DNA of 64,000 bases. It comes from a virus (lineage: Duplodnaviria > Heunggongvirae > Uroviricota > Caudoviricetes). The translations under genes and the position numbers were made by a program. Location: the IMG/VR virus record IMGVR_UViG_2706794662_000007; one strand, 5' to 3'. Every line of letters starts with the position of its first letter. The stretch's first letter is position 1. Under the pieces are notes generated by a model. It searched no databases. It worked only from the letters and a program-made list of their open reading frames with translations, and had not been told where the DNA came from. Shown piece after piece: positions 1 to 10,134 of the stretch.

Positions 1-17
1 GCTGGCTTTGGTTGGGC

Positions 18-365
18 TTACGCGAATATCGCAAGGAAGTCCTGAACGTCCCAATGCTGGACGAGGTGAAGATAGACCTTAGAAATCACGTCATTTTCGC
101 TATCGCATGTGAAGTAGTACTTCTGGCTGCGGTTGTATGTGTCCACACAAAATTCGCTCATATCCATAAAGTCAGCATCTTCACCCATGTCGCAAATCAT
201 CAAAGCAGGTGCGTCATCACGAGTCATCAGCTCCAGCACCCATCTTGAATTAATCAGAGTGGAAGACCAACCTTCCAGCTCATAAAACTGGTCAAACTCT
301 TTTTGAGTCAATTTCTTAATTTGGTTGATGTCGATATTTGCAAACATAAAGCAATCCTTAAACAT
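18..365 (-). CDS. hypothetical acidic protein (start uncertain: ATG at 365 or 347)
   Basis: ORF track 18..413 begins at TTG; in-frame ATGs at 365 and 347, the latter with AAGGA 9 nt upstream; D/E-rich, no recognisable motif. Confidence 0.35.
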   Translation of the reverse strand: MFKDCFMFANIDINQIKKLTQKEFDQFYELEGWSSTLINSRWVLELMTRDDAPALMICDMGEDADFMDMSEFCVDTYNRSQKYYFTCDSENDVISKVYLHLVQHWDVQDFLAIFA

Positions 366-485
366 GTTGTTTTCTGAATTACGTAAACAATACCAGTAAG
401 AAAACGGCCACAAAGTATATCGTTACGGTGCTGCGCTGCCCCGAGGTTAATAGCGACAAAAGCCACCGTGCTGGTGGCCTCACTC

Positions 486-704
486 TTAATCTTGGTCGTC
501 CGGGAACTCGCTGTGTACCGCGCCCACCAGCTCCCGCTTTTCATCTTCACTCAGCAGGTGCCAGATATCCTTCCCTTTGGGCGATTCCCCTTCTGCCGGG
601 ACGAACGACCACAACTTGCGGTACAACTCCGGCCCCACTGCATCCAGACACTCAGCCAGGGAATCCACGCCCCACACCTCAACCGTCACAGGCATCTTAA
701 TCAT
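486..704 (-). CDS. hypothetical small protein
   Basis: 72-aa ORF, ATG start preceded by GAGGA. Confidence 0.35.
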   Translation of the reverse strand: MIKMPVTVEVWGVDSLAECLDAVGPELYRKLWSFVPAEGESPKGKDIWHLLSEDEKRELVGAVHSEFPDDQD

Positions 705-1019
705 CTCTTCATCCTCACTTCGTTTCTATAACGTCTAAATATGCTGTTTACTTGTTGGTGTTATTATCGCAATAAGATAAAGGCGAAAAAGGATTTTATG
801 TCGGGAAAGCCAGGCTGGGCAGTGAATATCCGGGAACGACACGAGAGCCAGTATTTACGATATTCTGCTCTACGCGCGCCGCGGGGCTGGTGGGTAGAAT
901 AATCCTCTCCCCGAAAACCTACTGAAATCGATTGTGACCCGCTGGCTGTCTGGCACAATTACGCTGTATCTGGCATTCAGAGGGAATCCAGCGGTAAGCA
1001 AGTCAGCCTGCACGTGAGC

Positions 1020-2270
1020 GCCTCTCTTCTTCCCGCACATTACAGGTGGGTAGCTGCAACTCTCTCTCTCTCGCTATACCGGTACGCCGCCGTTCCAGAA
1101 CCGGCATCGAGCCTTTTCCCGAAATCCACACAGGCAACTCGACCGTTTCCCTGAAAATCCCCAGCCGTTCCCCCGAAGGCAACCCAGCCGTTTCTGTAGC
1201 TGGATGCAACCTTTTCCCTGTATGGACCGAAGGCTGACCGTAGGGGGTGTTACGGGGGATAAAATCAGGAGTTGAATAAATACGAAAAAGGAGGCGACCC
1301 CCCTCCTTCCCTCTCCACTTATACATACCTGGCTTCTTCGCTATACATGTTGTGTTTTATCTGTCTCAACCTCTCTATAGGCGTTAATGCTCACTCCTTC
1401 CAGAATGTTCTATACGGCGACTATTTCTGTTGGTGAATTGGGTGTGTTGTTTTCTCTGTCGGTGTATGTGGTTTCGTTAGTTTTGCGGTGGTTCTTCTAT
1501 GGGGGTGTTCTCGTCGTTTTGGTGATTGTTCTTCTCCGTGTATGGAGTAATGGCAGGTGGGCGATTGCTTTCGTTATTGTGTTTGAGTTGTTTGTCTGGA
1601 GTGTGTGAAGGCTTTTGTAGTTATTCGTGTATTGGGTAATGGCGTTTCCCGTGATTGTTATGTTTCGTGTCTTTTGGGATTGAGAGAAACCTTGCGGTTA
1701 CAGGCTTCGTTAGGGTTTCAGCGGTTCAGGTGTTTCTTCGCTGTTTGGGTAATGGCGTGTCGTGGGTATCGCGCGTATGAATGTTTTCGGATTGCCTGTG
1801 AAAGTTAGGTTGGTTGTCCGGTAGCCTGGGGAGAAGAGGTGGGTCTTTTCGGTAGCCTGCCATAAAGAGGTTGGTTGTTTTGGGTAATGGCATATGTGTT
1901 ATTTGGTTGTTTTGTTATGCCTGAAAATAAGTTGTTTATATGGTTGTGTAACGCAACGGGAGCGATTTTGAGCGTGTGTTTTTGTTGGTAGTGTGTTGAG
2001 TCGTCTGTGGTGAAATTTGGACGCTGTGGCGCTATCTGCTGCGTAGAATTACGGGTATAAGAAGTGATGTGTGATAACGTCAATTTTTTAGACCAAATCG
2101 GGAGAAAGCGTTGATGTTTCGTTGATCTGTTATTTAGTTGTTTTCTTATTGGTATAAACAACCATAACCTATTGATATTTAATGATGTGATTGCTGGTAT
2201 GGGAGGGTAGTAGTGGCGATCAACGGGTTCTTATAGAAAAGAATCAAATTGTGACCGCCATTATCAACGG
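1020..2270. other. ORF-poor, strand-skewed non-coding region with direct repeats (candidate packaging site, origin or ncRNA locus)
   Basis: no convincing ORF; top strand almost A-free (G+T rich) across ~1380-2100; TGGGTAATGGC-like 11-mer at 1544, 1633, 1746, 1881; CCGTT(T)CC motif at 1088, 1142, 1164, 1186. Confidence 0.5.
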
Positions 2271-2275
2271 TTTGA

Positions 2276-2461
2276 TTAGATGAGATGGTCTAATTCATCA
2301 TCTATCATGGCTTTGACGCTGGAGTCGTTCACTCCATATTTATTTATGAGCTGTTTCAGCTCTGTCGAAAACTGAAGGTAGATATCGTGAGCGTTTTTCA
2401 CTGTAGGTTCAACGCCACTCATTTCAAGCGCCTTTAGTAGATATGAGTCTTCTTTAAGCAT
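2276..2461 (-). CDS. hypothetical small protein
   Basis: 61-aa ORF in phage-like context. Confidence 0.3.
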   Translation of the reverse strand: MLKEDSYLLKALEMSGVEPTVKNAHDIYLQFSTELKQLINKYGVNDSSVKAMIDDELDHLI

Positions 2462-2497
2462 AAATTCTCCGTTATCTAGTATGAAGCGATTGCCGGA

Positions 2498-2797
2498 TTA
2501 CCATTGCCAGCACTCAAGCCCTTCAACGACCGGTGCGCCACAATCAAAATGTACAGAGTTAAAGCCTACATCAAGTACTTTCTGAATGTTCGCAATCGCA
2601 CCCTCGGATATACCATATCGACGCAACTCATCTTTCCAGTCATCGTCCTGTAACCCGGCGTGGACAATGCAACCGTACTCAATTTGTGAAACCCAATCCA
2701 GCTCATTGCTTGCGATCATGAATCGGCGAGCATCTTCCTCTGATGTATGAGATGAACTGATCAATGCCACCTGGTAGGCTTGGGTAATGTTCAACAT
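2498..2797 (-). CDS. hypothetical protein
   Basis: 99-aa ORF, ATG at 2797, palindromic motif AAAACAAGTTGTTTT 13 nt upstream. Confidence 0.45.
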   Translation of the reverse strand: MLNITQAYQVALISSSHTSEEDARRFMIASNELDWVSQIEYGCIVHAGLQDDDWKDELRRYGISEGAIANIQKVLDVGFNSVHFDCGAPVVEGLECWQW

Positions 2798-2809
2798 TTC
2801 AACTACTCC

Positions 2810-2875
2810 AAAACAAGTTGTTTTCTTATGTGGCTTATTATCTCAATCAACAAAAGGTAGAAAACAAATTGTTTT
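2810..2875 (-). promoter_or_regulatory. two copies of palindromic motif AAAACAA-N1-TTGTTTT (2810-2824 and 2861-2875), candidate operator/promoter
   Basis: perfect 7-bp inverted arms; same motif recurs upstream of many minus-strand genes. Confidence 0.5.
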
Positions 2876-2909
2876 AGGGCTTGTGTAAATCAGGAGGGAT
2901 TGTGTCTAT

Positions 2910-2938
2910 ATGAAAATGCCCGGCGTGTTGCCGGGCAT
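2910..2938 (-). terminator. rho-independent terminator downstream of metG
   Basis: GC hairpin ATGCCCGGC/GCCGGGCAT followed by T-run in minus sense. Confidence 0.7.
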
Positions 2939-2958
2939 TGCGAAGAGAGGTTGTTTAA

Positions 2959-4897
2959 TTACTTAACCTGGTGGCCAGGTTTAGCACCAGCATCCGGGCT
3001 TAACAGGAAGATATCTTTCCCGCCAGGACCGGCAGCCATCACCATGCCTTCAGAGATACCGAAGCGCATTTTACGTGGTGCCAGGTTAGCCACCATAATG
3101 GTGTGACGACCAATCAGTGCCTGTGGATCTGGATAAGCGGAACGGATGCCTGAGAAGACATTACGCTTTTCACCACCGAGATCCAGCGTCAGGCGAAGCA
3201 GTTTGTCAGAACCTTCGACAAACTCCGCGTTTTCAATCAGCGCCACACGCAGGTCAACTTTGGCGAAGTCGTCAAAGGTGATGGTTTCCTGAATCGGTTC
3301 GTCAGCCAGTGGGCCAGTTACCGGTGCAGCTGTGGCTTTCACTTCTTCTTTGGATGCTTCCACCAGTGCTTCCACCTGTTTCATATCGATACGGTTATAC
3401 AGTGCCTTGAACGGATTCACTTTATGGCCCAGAAGCGGTTGCTGGATACCATCCCAGGTCAGTTCTGTATTCAGGAATGCTTCTGCACGTTCAGTCAGTT
3501 TCGGCAGTACCGGTTTCAGGTACGTCATCAGCACGCGGAACAGGTTAATGCCCATAGAGCAAATCGCCTGCAGATCTGCATCGCGACCTTCCTGCTTCGC
3601 CACCACCCACGGAGCCTGTTCATCGACATAGCGATTAGCCAGGTCAGCCAATGCCATGATTTCACGGATAGCTTTACCAAATTCGCGGCTTTCCCATGCT
3701 TCGCCAATCACTTCAGCGGCATCAGTAAAGGTTTTGTACAGTTGCGGGTCAGCCAGTTCGCTTGTCAGCACGCCGTCAAAACGCTTGTTGATAAAGCCTG
3801 CATTACGGGAGGCCAGGTTAACCACTTTGTTCACGATATCGGCATTCACGCGCTGAACGAAATCTTCCAGGTTGAGATCGATATCATCAATGCGCGAAGA
3901 GAGTTTCGCAGTGTAGTAGTAACGCAGGCTGTCAGCGTCAAAATGATTCAGCCAGGTGCTGGCTTTAATAAAGGTGCCGCGAGACTTGGACATCTTCGCG
4001 CCGTTCACCGTCACATAGCCGTGAACAAACAGGTTGGTCGGCTTGCGGAAGTTGCTGCCTTCCAGCATGGCAGGCCAGAACAGACTGTGGAAGTAAACGA
4101 TATCTTTGCCGATGAAGTGGTACAGCTCGGCGGTGGAGTCTTTCTTCCAGTATTCGTCGAAGCTTACGCTGTCGCCGCGCTTGTCGCACAGATTCTTGAA
4201 AGAACCCATGTAGCCAATCGGCGCGTCCAGCCAGACGTAGAAATATTTGCCCGGCGCGTTCGNNNNNNNNNNNNNNNNNNNNNNNNNNNNNNNNNNNNNN
4301 NNNNNNNNNNNNNNNNNNNNNNNNNNNNNNNNNNNNNNNNNNNNNNNNNNNNNNNNNNNNNNNNNNNNNNNNNNNNNNNNNNNNNNNNNNNNNNNNNNNN
4401 NNNNNNNNNNNNNNNNNNNNNNNNNNNNNNNNNNNNNNNNNNNNNNNNNNNNNNNNNNNNNNNNNNNNNNNNNNNNNNNNNNNNNNNNNNNNNNNNNNNN
4501 NNNNNNNNNNNNNNNNNNNNNNNNNNNNNNNNNNNNNNNNNNNNNNNNNNNNNNNNNNNNNNNNNNNNNNNNNNNNNNNNNNNNNNNNNNNCTCTTCGCT
4601 GTGCGTCGAGTGATAGTTGTCATAGCTGATGTTAAAGCCTGCGAAATCAGTCTGATGTTCCTGACTCATTTCGCCAATCATCTGTTCCGGTGTGATACCA
4701 AGCTGCTGTGCTTTCAGCATGATTGGCGTACCGTGGGCATCGTCGGCACAGATGAAATTAACCTCGTGGCCGCGCATTCGCTGGTAACGAACCCAGACAT
4801 CAGCCTGGATGTGCTCCAGCATATGGCCGAGGTGGATTGAGCCGTTAGCGTACGGCAGCGCGCACGTCACCAGAATTTTCTTCGCGACTTGGGTCAT
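2959..4897 (-). CDS. metG: methionyl-tRNA synthetase (interrupted by N-run 4263-4591)
   Basis: N-terminus [29 protein letters not shown] (HIGH motif) and C-terminus ...GAKPGHQVK match enterobacterial MetG as recalled; KMSKS present; ~140 residues hidden in the gap. Confidence 0.95.
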
Positions 4898-5054
4898 AGT
4901 AGGCATTACTTCTTTGTAGTGAAAAGGGGCTTGATAGTAACAAAATGGCCTTATGTCTGCCATGTGATAACAGCATTTCTCATAAATGATTAAATGTCGT
5001 AGCTGGAGTACACTACAAGGCGACAATTGCGCAAATTAAAATAAAGGAGACGGG

Positions 5055-6155
5055 ATGAGCGAGTCCAAATCGCCGGATGCCCTGAGAGCAATGGTAGCCG
5101 GTACGCTGGCTAATTTTCAGCACCCAACCCTGAAACACAACTTGACTACGCTTAAAGCGTTACACCATGTTGCGTTGATGGATGACACACTGCATGTCGA
5201 ACTAATCATGCCTTTCGTGTGGAATAAGCCTTTTGAAGACCTGAAAGAGCAATGTAGTGGTGATCTGCTCCGTATCACTGGCGCAAAGGCTATTGACTGG
5301 AAGCTGTCGTACAACATTGCCACGCTTAAGCGCGTCAAAAACCAACCAGGCATTAATGGCGTTAAGAACATTATCGCCGTCAGCTCAGGCAAGGGCGGCG
5401 TGGGTAAATCCTCCACAGCAGTAAACTTGGCACTGGCTTTGGCTGCTGAAGGTGCGAAAGTTGGTATTTTGGATGCCGATATCTATGGTCCATCAATTCC
5501 AACCATGCTGGGCGCGGAAAACCAACGTCCAACCTCACCGGACGGTACTCACATGGCACCTATCATGTCTCATGGCCTGGCAACCAACTCTATTGGTTAT
5601 CTGGTCACCGATGACAATGCAATGGTGTGGCGTGGACCGATGGCGAGCAAGGCGCTGATGCAGATGTTGCAGGAAACACTGTGGCCTGATCTGGACTATC
5701 TCGTTCTCGATATGCCACCGGGCACTGGTGATATTCAATTGACGCTGGCGCAGAACATTCCTGTAACTGGTGCGGTTGTGGTAACTACGCCGCAAGACAT
5801 CGCGCTGATCGATGCGAAGAAAGGCATTGTGATGTTCGAAAAAGTCGAAGTGCCGGTACTGGGTATCGTTGAAAACATGAGTGTGCATATTTGCAGTAAC
5901 TGCGGTCATCACGAGCCAATTTTTGGCACCGGTGGAGCACAGAAACTGGCCGAGAAATACAACACGCAGTTGTTAGGCCAAATGCCACTTCATATCTCTC
6001 TTCGTGAAGATCTGGATAACGGAACACCAACCGTTATTAGTCGTCCAGATAGCGAATTTACGGCTATTTATCGTGACCTCGCAGATCGCGTTGCTGCCCA
6101 AATGTATTGGCAAGGTGAAGTAATACCTGGCGAAATCGCATTCCGCGCAGTGTGA
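5055..6155 (+). CDS. apbC: Fe-S cluster carrier ATPase ApbC/Mrp
   Basis: 366 aa, P-loop GKGGVGKSS, CxxC near C-terminus, near-identical to E. coli Mrp as recalled; divergent from metG as on the chromosome. Confidence 0.95.
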   Translation: MSESKSPDALRAMVAGTLANFQHPTLKHNLTTLKALHHVALMDDTLHVELIMPFVWNKPFEDLKEQCSGDLLRITGAKAIDWKLSYNIATLKRVKNQPGINGVKNIIAVSSGKGGVGKSSTAVNLALALAAEGAKVGILDADIYGPSIPTMLGAENQRPTSPDGTHMAPIMSHGLATNSIGYLVTDDNAMVWRGPMASKALMQMLQETLWPDLDYLVLDMPPGTGDIQLTLAQNIPVTGAVVVTTPQDIALIDAKKGIVMFEKVEVPVLGIVENMSVHICSNCGHHEPIFGTGGAQKLAEKYNTQLLGQMPLHISLREDLDNGTPTVISRPDSEFTAIYRDLADRVAAQMYWQGEVIPGEIAFRAV

Positions 6156-6180
6156 TAAAAAGGCGGTGCATTGCACCGCC
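6156..6180 (-). terminator. terminator of the UmuD'-like gene, abutting the apbC stop codon
   Basis: hairpin GGCGGTGCA/TGCACCGCC followed by T-run in minus sense. Confidence 0.6.
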
Positions 6181-6192
6181 TAATCAGTTCTC

Positions 6193-6582
6193 CTACATCA
6201 CAGGACAATCATCAAACTCGCCACTTCTTGCGTCGTTGATAATGTGAGTGATCACACCAAACACGGCATTGCTGCCCGTGCATCCATCGTCATCCTTTGG
6301 CAATGCTTCCTTCTTACCGGTTCTTAAATCCTCCAGATGCTGACGTGGAGACTTCCGGTATCTTTTTACGCGATATTCCCCATCCAGAGCGCATACAAGC
6401 AGAGAACCATCAACCGGGGTAAGTGAGGAATCAACCACCAGCAATGCACCCTGTAATATTCCCTCACGATGATGACTATCAGCTGCTCTCATGAAGTAGG
6501 TCGCTGAAGGATGTCTAATTATCTGCTGATCAAGAGAAATACGGCTCTCAGCATAATCCGCCGCAGGAGAAGGGAAGCCCAT
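6193..6582 (-). CDS. UmuD'-like S24 peptidase-family protein (P1 HumD-like, natively lacking the UmuD N-terminal arm)
   Basis: starts MGFPSPAADYAESRISLDQQIIRHPSATYF, matching the UmuD region just after its RecA-mediated cleavage site; Ser and Lys positions retained; in-frame stop 4 codons upstream of ATG. Confidence 0.8.
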   Translation of the reverse strand: MGFPSPAADYAESRISLDQQIIRHPSATYFMRAADSHHREGILQGALLVVDSSLTPVDGSLLVCALDGEYRVKRYRKSPRQHLEDLRTGKKEALPKDDDGCTGSNAVFGVITHIINDARSGEFDDCPVM

Positions 6583-6767
6583 AGCGTTTTGCCCTCAATA
6601 CTGTTCATTTACACAGTATACATGAAAGAAGCTCACTCAGTGCAACTGATCGGTACATAGCACCAGACAAAGGAACGTTATTTTCTCGAACAAGAAAAGG
6701 TAGAAAACAAATTGTTTAAGGCCACAACTAGTGGCCTTAATGGAGAAGGGATGCTTATTGGCTATGG

Positions 6768-7286
6768 CTAAAAATCAAANNNNNNNNNNNNNNNNNNNNN
6801 NNNNNNNNNNNNNNNNNNNNNNNNNNNNNNNNNNNNNNNNNNNNNNNNNNNNNNNNNNNNNNNNNNNNNNNNNNNNNNNNNNNNNNNNNNNNNNNNNNNN
6901 NNNNNNNNNNNNNNNNNNNNNNNNNNNNNNNNNNNNNNNNNNNNNNNNNNNNNNNNNNNNNNNNNNNNNNNNNNNNNNNNNNNNNNNNNNNNNNNNNNNN
7001 NNNNNNNNNNNNNNNNNNNNNNNNNNNNNNNNTTTAAAGGAAGATAGGTTCCCCATAGTAGCTGTCTGCCGTGCGCTCGTGTGAAATACCGGGCCATCTT
7101 CGGATTGCTATGCTGCTTAGGAGCGCCTGGTCTGTATGTCTGATACCCGGCCAACATCCCATCAAACCTGTATAGAGGGAATGTAACAACTCCTTCGCTT
7201 TCATCGATCCACTGTCTATATGGATGCACATCATAGCGGTAGTTACGAGTTAGCAAATGAGCTTCCAGCTTTCCAAATTTAGTCAT
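6768..7286 (-). CDS. hypothetical protein, C-terminal part masked by N-run
   Basis: ATG at 7286 with GAGGGA SD; ORF runs into N-run 6780-7032, so the end is unreliable. Confidence 0.3.
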   Translation of the reverse strand: MTKFGKLEAHLLTRNYRYDVHPYRQWIDESEGVVTFPLYRFDGMLAGYQTYRPGAPKQHSNPKMARYFTRAHGRQLLWGTYLPLXXXXXXXXXXXXXXXXXXXXXXXXXXXXXXXXXXXXXXXXXXXXXXXXXXXXXXXXXXXXXXXXXXXXXXXXXXXXXXXXXXXXXFDF

Positions 7287-7299
7287 AACTTCGCATCCC

Positions 7300-8154
7300 T
7301 CATAACACTTCCCATTTATCACCATATTTCTCCATAGCTCTTAGCCAATAAACATGGCCACTAGGCATAGTGATGTGAGGCTCGCCAAACTCTTCTCCAT
7401 GTACATCAAAGATGTCCCCAACAGAAAATTGGGGGATTTCTGTTCCGTTTTCACCTATATGTGTAATTCGTATACGTTTCGGTTGGGATTGTCCACCTTT
7501 GAGCGAGTTGTTCACTGCTCTGGCAATTTTCTCCCGCAATTGCTGCGTTCCGTGATACGTAACCGCAATATCCCGCAACTCATTCACTAGTTCTCGAATT
7601 TGGTGATCTTTAAGCTCATTATTTGGGTGATTGGTAACAACTCTGGTTAATTCCCCATTGTCTTTTGCTCTTACGTATGCAGCTCTTGTGCATTCGCCCC
7701 ATGTATTACCGCCTACATTAACTTCGTAGATTAGGCTGGACTTATCTGTCAATTCGGAACAAATACGGGCCGTGGTCTGGCAACTAGAGCATTCGCAGTT
7801 ATCGCGGAAACCGTGGTCTACTGGCTTCGGTTTAACATCATCAACTTTTTCTACCCTATTGGAATTTAAATACTTCGAAGCCTTGCTATGCCAATCGCTG
7901 GTTTTAGGATCTTGTCCATCCATCAAACGCCAGGCTTCAGCTATTAACTCATAACTAGTGACTGTAGCTTCCTGCGCATCACCAATAAGTCGTGTAATCT
8001 CTCTTTCAAGCCGACCGCCTAACTCCGTTTTAGTGCAATGTTCTGACCAATCGCCAGTCTCAAGAAGCGCGAGAATGCTTAAAATATCGTCCAATAGAAC
8101 GGTAGTATTATCGACTTCCTTCTGAAACTCACCGGCTACTGATTTATGCATCAT
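7300..8154 (-). CDS. hypothetical protein
   Basis: 284-aa ORF, ATG start, Cys cluster CECSSC, no family recognised. Confidence 0.5.
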   Translation of the reverse strand: MMHKSVAGEFQKEVDNTTVLLDDILSILALLETGDWSEHCTKTELGGRLEREITRLIGDAQEATVTSYELIAEAWRLMDGQDPKTSDWHSKASKYLNSNRVEKVDDVKPKPVDHGFRDNCECSSCQTTARICSELTDKSSLIYEVNVGGNTWGECTRAAYVRAKDNGELTRVVTNHPNNELKDHQIRELVNELRDIAVTYHGTQQLREKIARAVNNSLKGGQSQPKRIRITHIGENGTEIPQFSVGDIFDVHGEEFGEPHITMPSGHVYWLRAMEKYGDKWEVL

Positions 8155-8432
8155 TCGTCATCCTCATCCGAGTCATCCTCATCACAGGATGAGAGTAGTG
8201 GGTTAGTCATTCGCCCTACTTGAGTGGCGTAGCAACGCCGACAGAGATTGCGCAGCACACTGTATATTTCGAACATCTCGGTTCGTTCATCGCCAACATC
8301 AAGCTCAGATGCTATAGCGTGGCATTCAGTCGCGAGAGCCGATATTTTCTGAAATAACTCTGCTTTATTCACTCTTCGACTCCTGCGGAGGTTCTGGTAG
8401 CGGCATCCAGTGAGTTGCTTGCTCAATACCAT
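8151..8432 (-). CDS. hypothetical protein
   Basis: 93-aa ORF, ATGA overlap with downstream gene. Confidence 0.4.
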   Translation of the reverse strand: MVLSKQLTGCRYQNLRRSRRVNKAELFQKISALATECHAIASELDVGDERTEMFEIYSVLRNLCRRCYATQVGRMTNPLLSSCDEDDSDEDDE

Positions 8433-8940
8433 TACCCGGCTTAATCGTTACATCTCCGCGCCGAAAGGTGATTCCGGTATAGCGTGCGGAGCATATTAGC
8501 GGTTCAACCAGAGAGCTATCGAAATTCACCGAAATAAGCACGTTCTGGCCCTTTTCAGGCATTCGCTCACTACAGCTTATCCAACCATCCGGAGTTACCG
8601 GATGGGGTCCAGCGAACTCGGGAATGTCAGGACCTTTTCTGATAGCTTTAGCCAGATCCAGCGGGTCATCGTAAAGCCAGTCGCCAGTTTGTGGGTGATT
8701 TGCTTCTGCAAGCTGCGCAGCCCATTCAAGACCATCTTTTTGACCTTGGAGATAATCAAGCGGCAACTCTTCATGATTACTTGCAGGTTCTGCACTATCA
8801 GCTTCGCGCCGCTTCTGTAGCTCTGCTGCCATCGCTCTCACGACTTCAACTGGTGCCCTTGCAGCAAACTCTATGTTGGTGATCAGCTCATTAAGATATT
8901 GCTCGCCTGGATACTGTTTCTTATCGGTTATAGTGGTCAT
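8365..8940 (-). CDS. DUF551-like phage protein
   Basis: start MTTITDKK with AGGAGAG SD; C-terminal ATHWMPLPEPP signature common in enterobacterial prophage proteins. Confidence 0.55.
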   Translation of the reverse strand: MTTITDKKQYPGEQYLNELITNIEFAARAPVEVVRAMAAELQKRREADSAEPASNHEELPLDYLQGQKDGLEWAAQLAEANHPQTGDWLYDDPLDLAKAIRKGPDIPEFAGPHPVTPDGWISCSERMPEKGQNVLISVNFDSSLVEPLICSARYTGITFRRGDVTIKPGNGIEQATHWMPLPEPPQESKSE

Positions 8941-8941
8941 A

Positions 8942-9328
8942 TCACTCTCCTTTTCCCTGAAGCATAGCAGCGCGGCAGGCATTCCAGCCTCTCACCTCTG
9001 CAATAGCGGCAACAGCATCAACCGCGTACATGCTAAGAGGATTAGGCATTGGTTTTTCTTCCGGTACTACTGGAACGGGTGGAGCGGCGTAGACCTCAAT
9101 AATTCCATTATCAATAGGCCATTCTCCATCCTTGAGGTAGTCACTTGTGCCGTCAACTTGCTGTTCTGCAATGTGGAATGCACCTATTGGTTTTGCTTCC
9201 AGCGATGCCAGAGCAATTCGTGCCAGTTCTTCCGCTTCTTCTGCTGGCAGTACAACGTTGCTACCAGGTCCGTATGTTTCGCGCCACTGTTTGATTGTCA
9301 GTAGTCGCTCTTTGGTAATAGTGGTCAT
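8942..9328 (-). CDS. hypothetical phage protein
   Basis: 128 aa, MTTITKERL start with AAGGAG SD. Confidence 0.5.
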   Translation of the reverse strand: MTTITKERLLTIKQWRETYGPGSNVVLPAEEAEELARIALASLEAKPIGAFHIAEQQVDGTSDYLKDGEWPIDNGIIEVYAAPPVPVVPEEKPMPNPLSMYAVDAVAAIAEVRGWNACRAAMLQGKGE

Positions 9329-9338
9329 GTGTTACTCC

Positions 9339-9611
9339 TTAACCCGCAGTGCNNNNNNNNNNNNNNNNNNNNNNNNNNNNNNNNNNNNNNNNNNNNNNNN
9401 NNNNNNNNNNNNNNNNNNNNNNNNNNNNNNNNNNNNNNNNNNNNNNNNNNNNNNNNNNNNNNNNNNNNNNNNNNNNNNNNNNNNNNNNNNNNNNNNNNNN
9501 NNNNNNNNNNNNNNNNNNNNNNNNNNNNNNNNNNNNNNNNNNNNNNNNNNNNNNNNNNNNNNNNNNNNNNNNNNNNNNNNNNNNNNNNNNNNNNNNNNNN
9601 NNAGTTGCCAT
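9339..9611 (-). CDS. hypothetical protein almost fully masked by N-run
   Basis: ATG at 9611 (MAT...) behind conserved junction GGAGAGTGATATG; body is N. Confidence 0.25.
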   Translation of the reverse strand: MATXXXXXXXXXXXXXXXXXXXXXXXXXXXXXXXXXXXXXXXXXXXXXXXXXXXXXXXXXXXXXXXXXXXXXXXXXXXXXXXXXXXXTAG

Positions 9612-9612
9612 A

Positions 9613-10134
9613 TCACTCTCCTTTGATGCGAATGCCTGCTGCAATGCTGTTTATGATGCTGTCAGTGCATGGAGTAGAAAGCTGGGCATCTCCAGCAATT
9701 TTCATGACCTCAACATCCGCATATCGAATACCGAGGTGTATCAGACCGGCTATACCTGACTTAAGTCGAACATTTTCCATAAACAGATCTTTTTCCCGCT
9801 GTTTAGCGGCTTCCAACTCCATCGACAATTTTTCCAACTGCTCTTTATGCTTCTTGTATTCCTGATACGCGTGCCAAGACTGACCTTTGCGCACACTATC
9901 AGTGATATCAGCAACCTGCTCCGGTGTTAGCGTGGTCAGTGGCTGTGCTGGAAAAATCATCACTTTCCCGGCATCCCAATCAAAACCCGCCTGAATTGAC
10001 TGAACCTCAACTGATGGTGTTGAACCGATGCGACCAGGCGAATGAACAACGATCGTTACATCCATATCGCGACGATGGCTGTGGTTGTTGGACAAAATAC
10101 GATTCACCAACTCAGAAAATTTGGAAAATTTCAT
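9613..10134 (-). CDS. hypothetical phage protein
   Basis: [10 protein letters not shown] start; C-terminus AAGIRIKGE shared with gene 10456..10986 because of a repeated junction sequence. Confidence 0.5.
   Translation of the reverse strand: MKFSKFSELVNRILSNNHSHRRDMDVTIVVHSPGRIGSTPSVEVQSIQAGFDWDAGKVMIFPAQPLTTLTPEQVADITDSVRKGQSWHAYQEYKKHKEQLEKLSMELEAAKQREKDLFMENVRLKSGIAGLIHLGIRYADVEVMKIAGDAQLSTPCTDSIINSIAAGIRIKGE

Noticed and set aside
1387-2161. ORFs 1387..1608(+), 1605..1808(+), 1805..2161(-) in the skewed region
   Set aside because: Products are low-complexity artefacts of the G+T-rich strand bias; the minus ORF starts at TTG with no SD. Region treated as non-coding.
3424-4629. 401-aa plus-strand ORF
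   Set aside because: Antisense to metG and runs through the N-run; composition is the mirror of the metG coding strand, so it is an antisense artefact.
8602-9304. Plus-strand ORFs 8602..8820, 8691..8882, 8873..9304
   Set aside because: Overlap minus-strand genes that have good ribosome-binding sites and conserved start regions; no SD or motif support on the plus strand.
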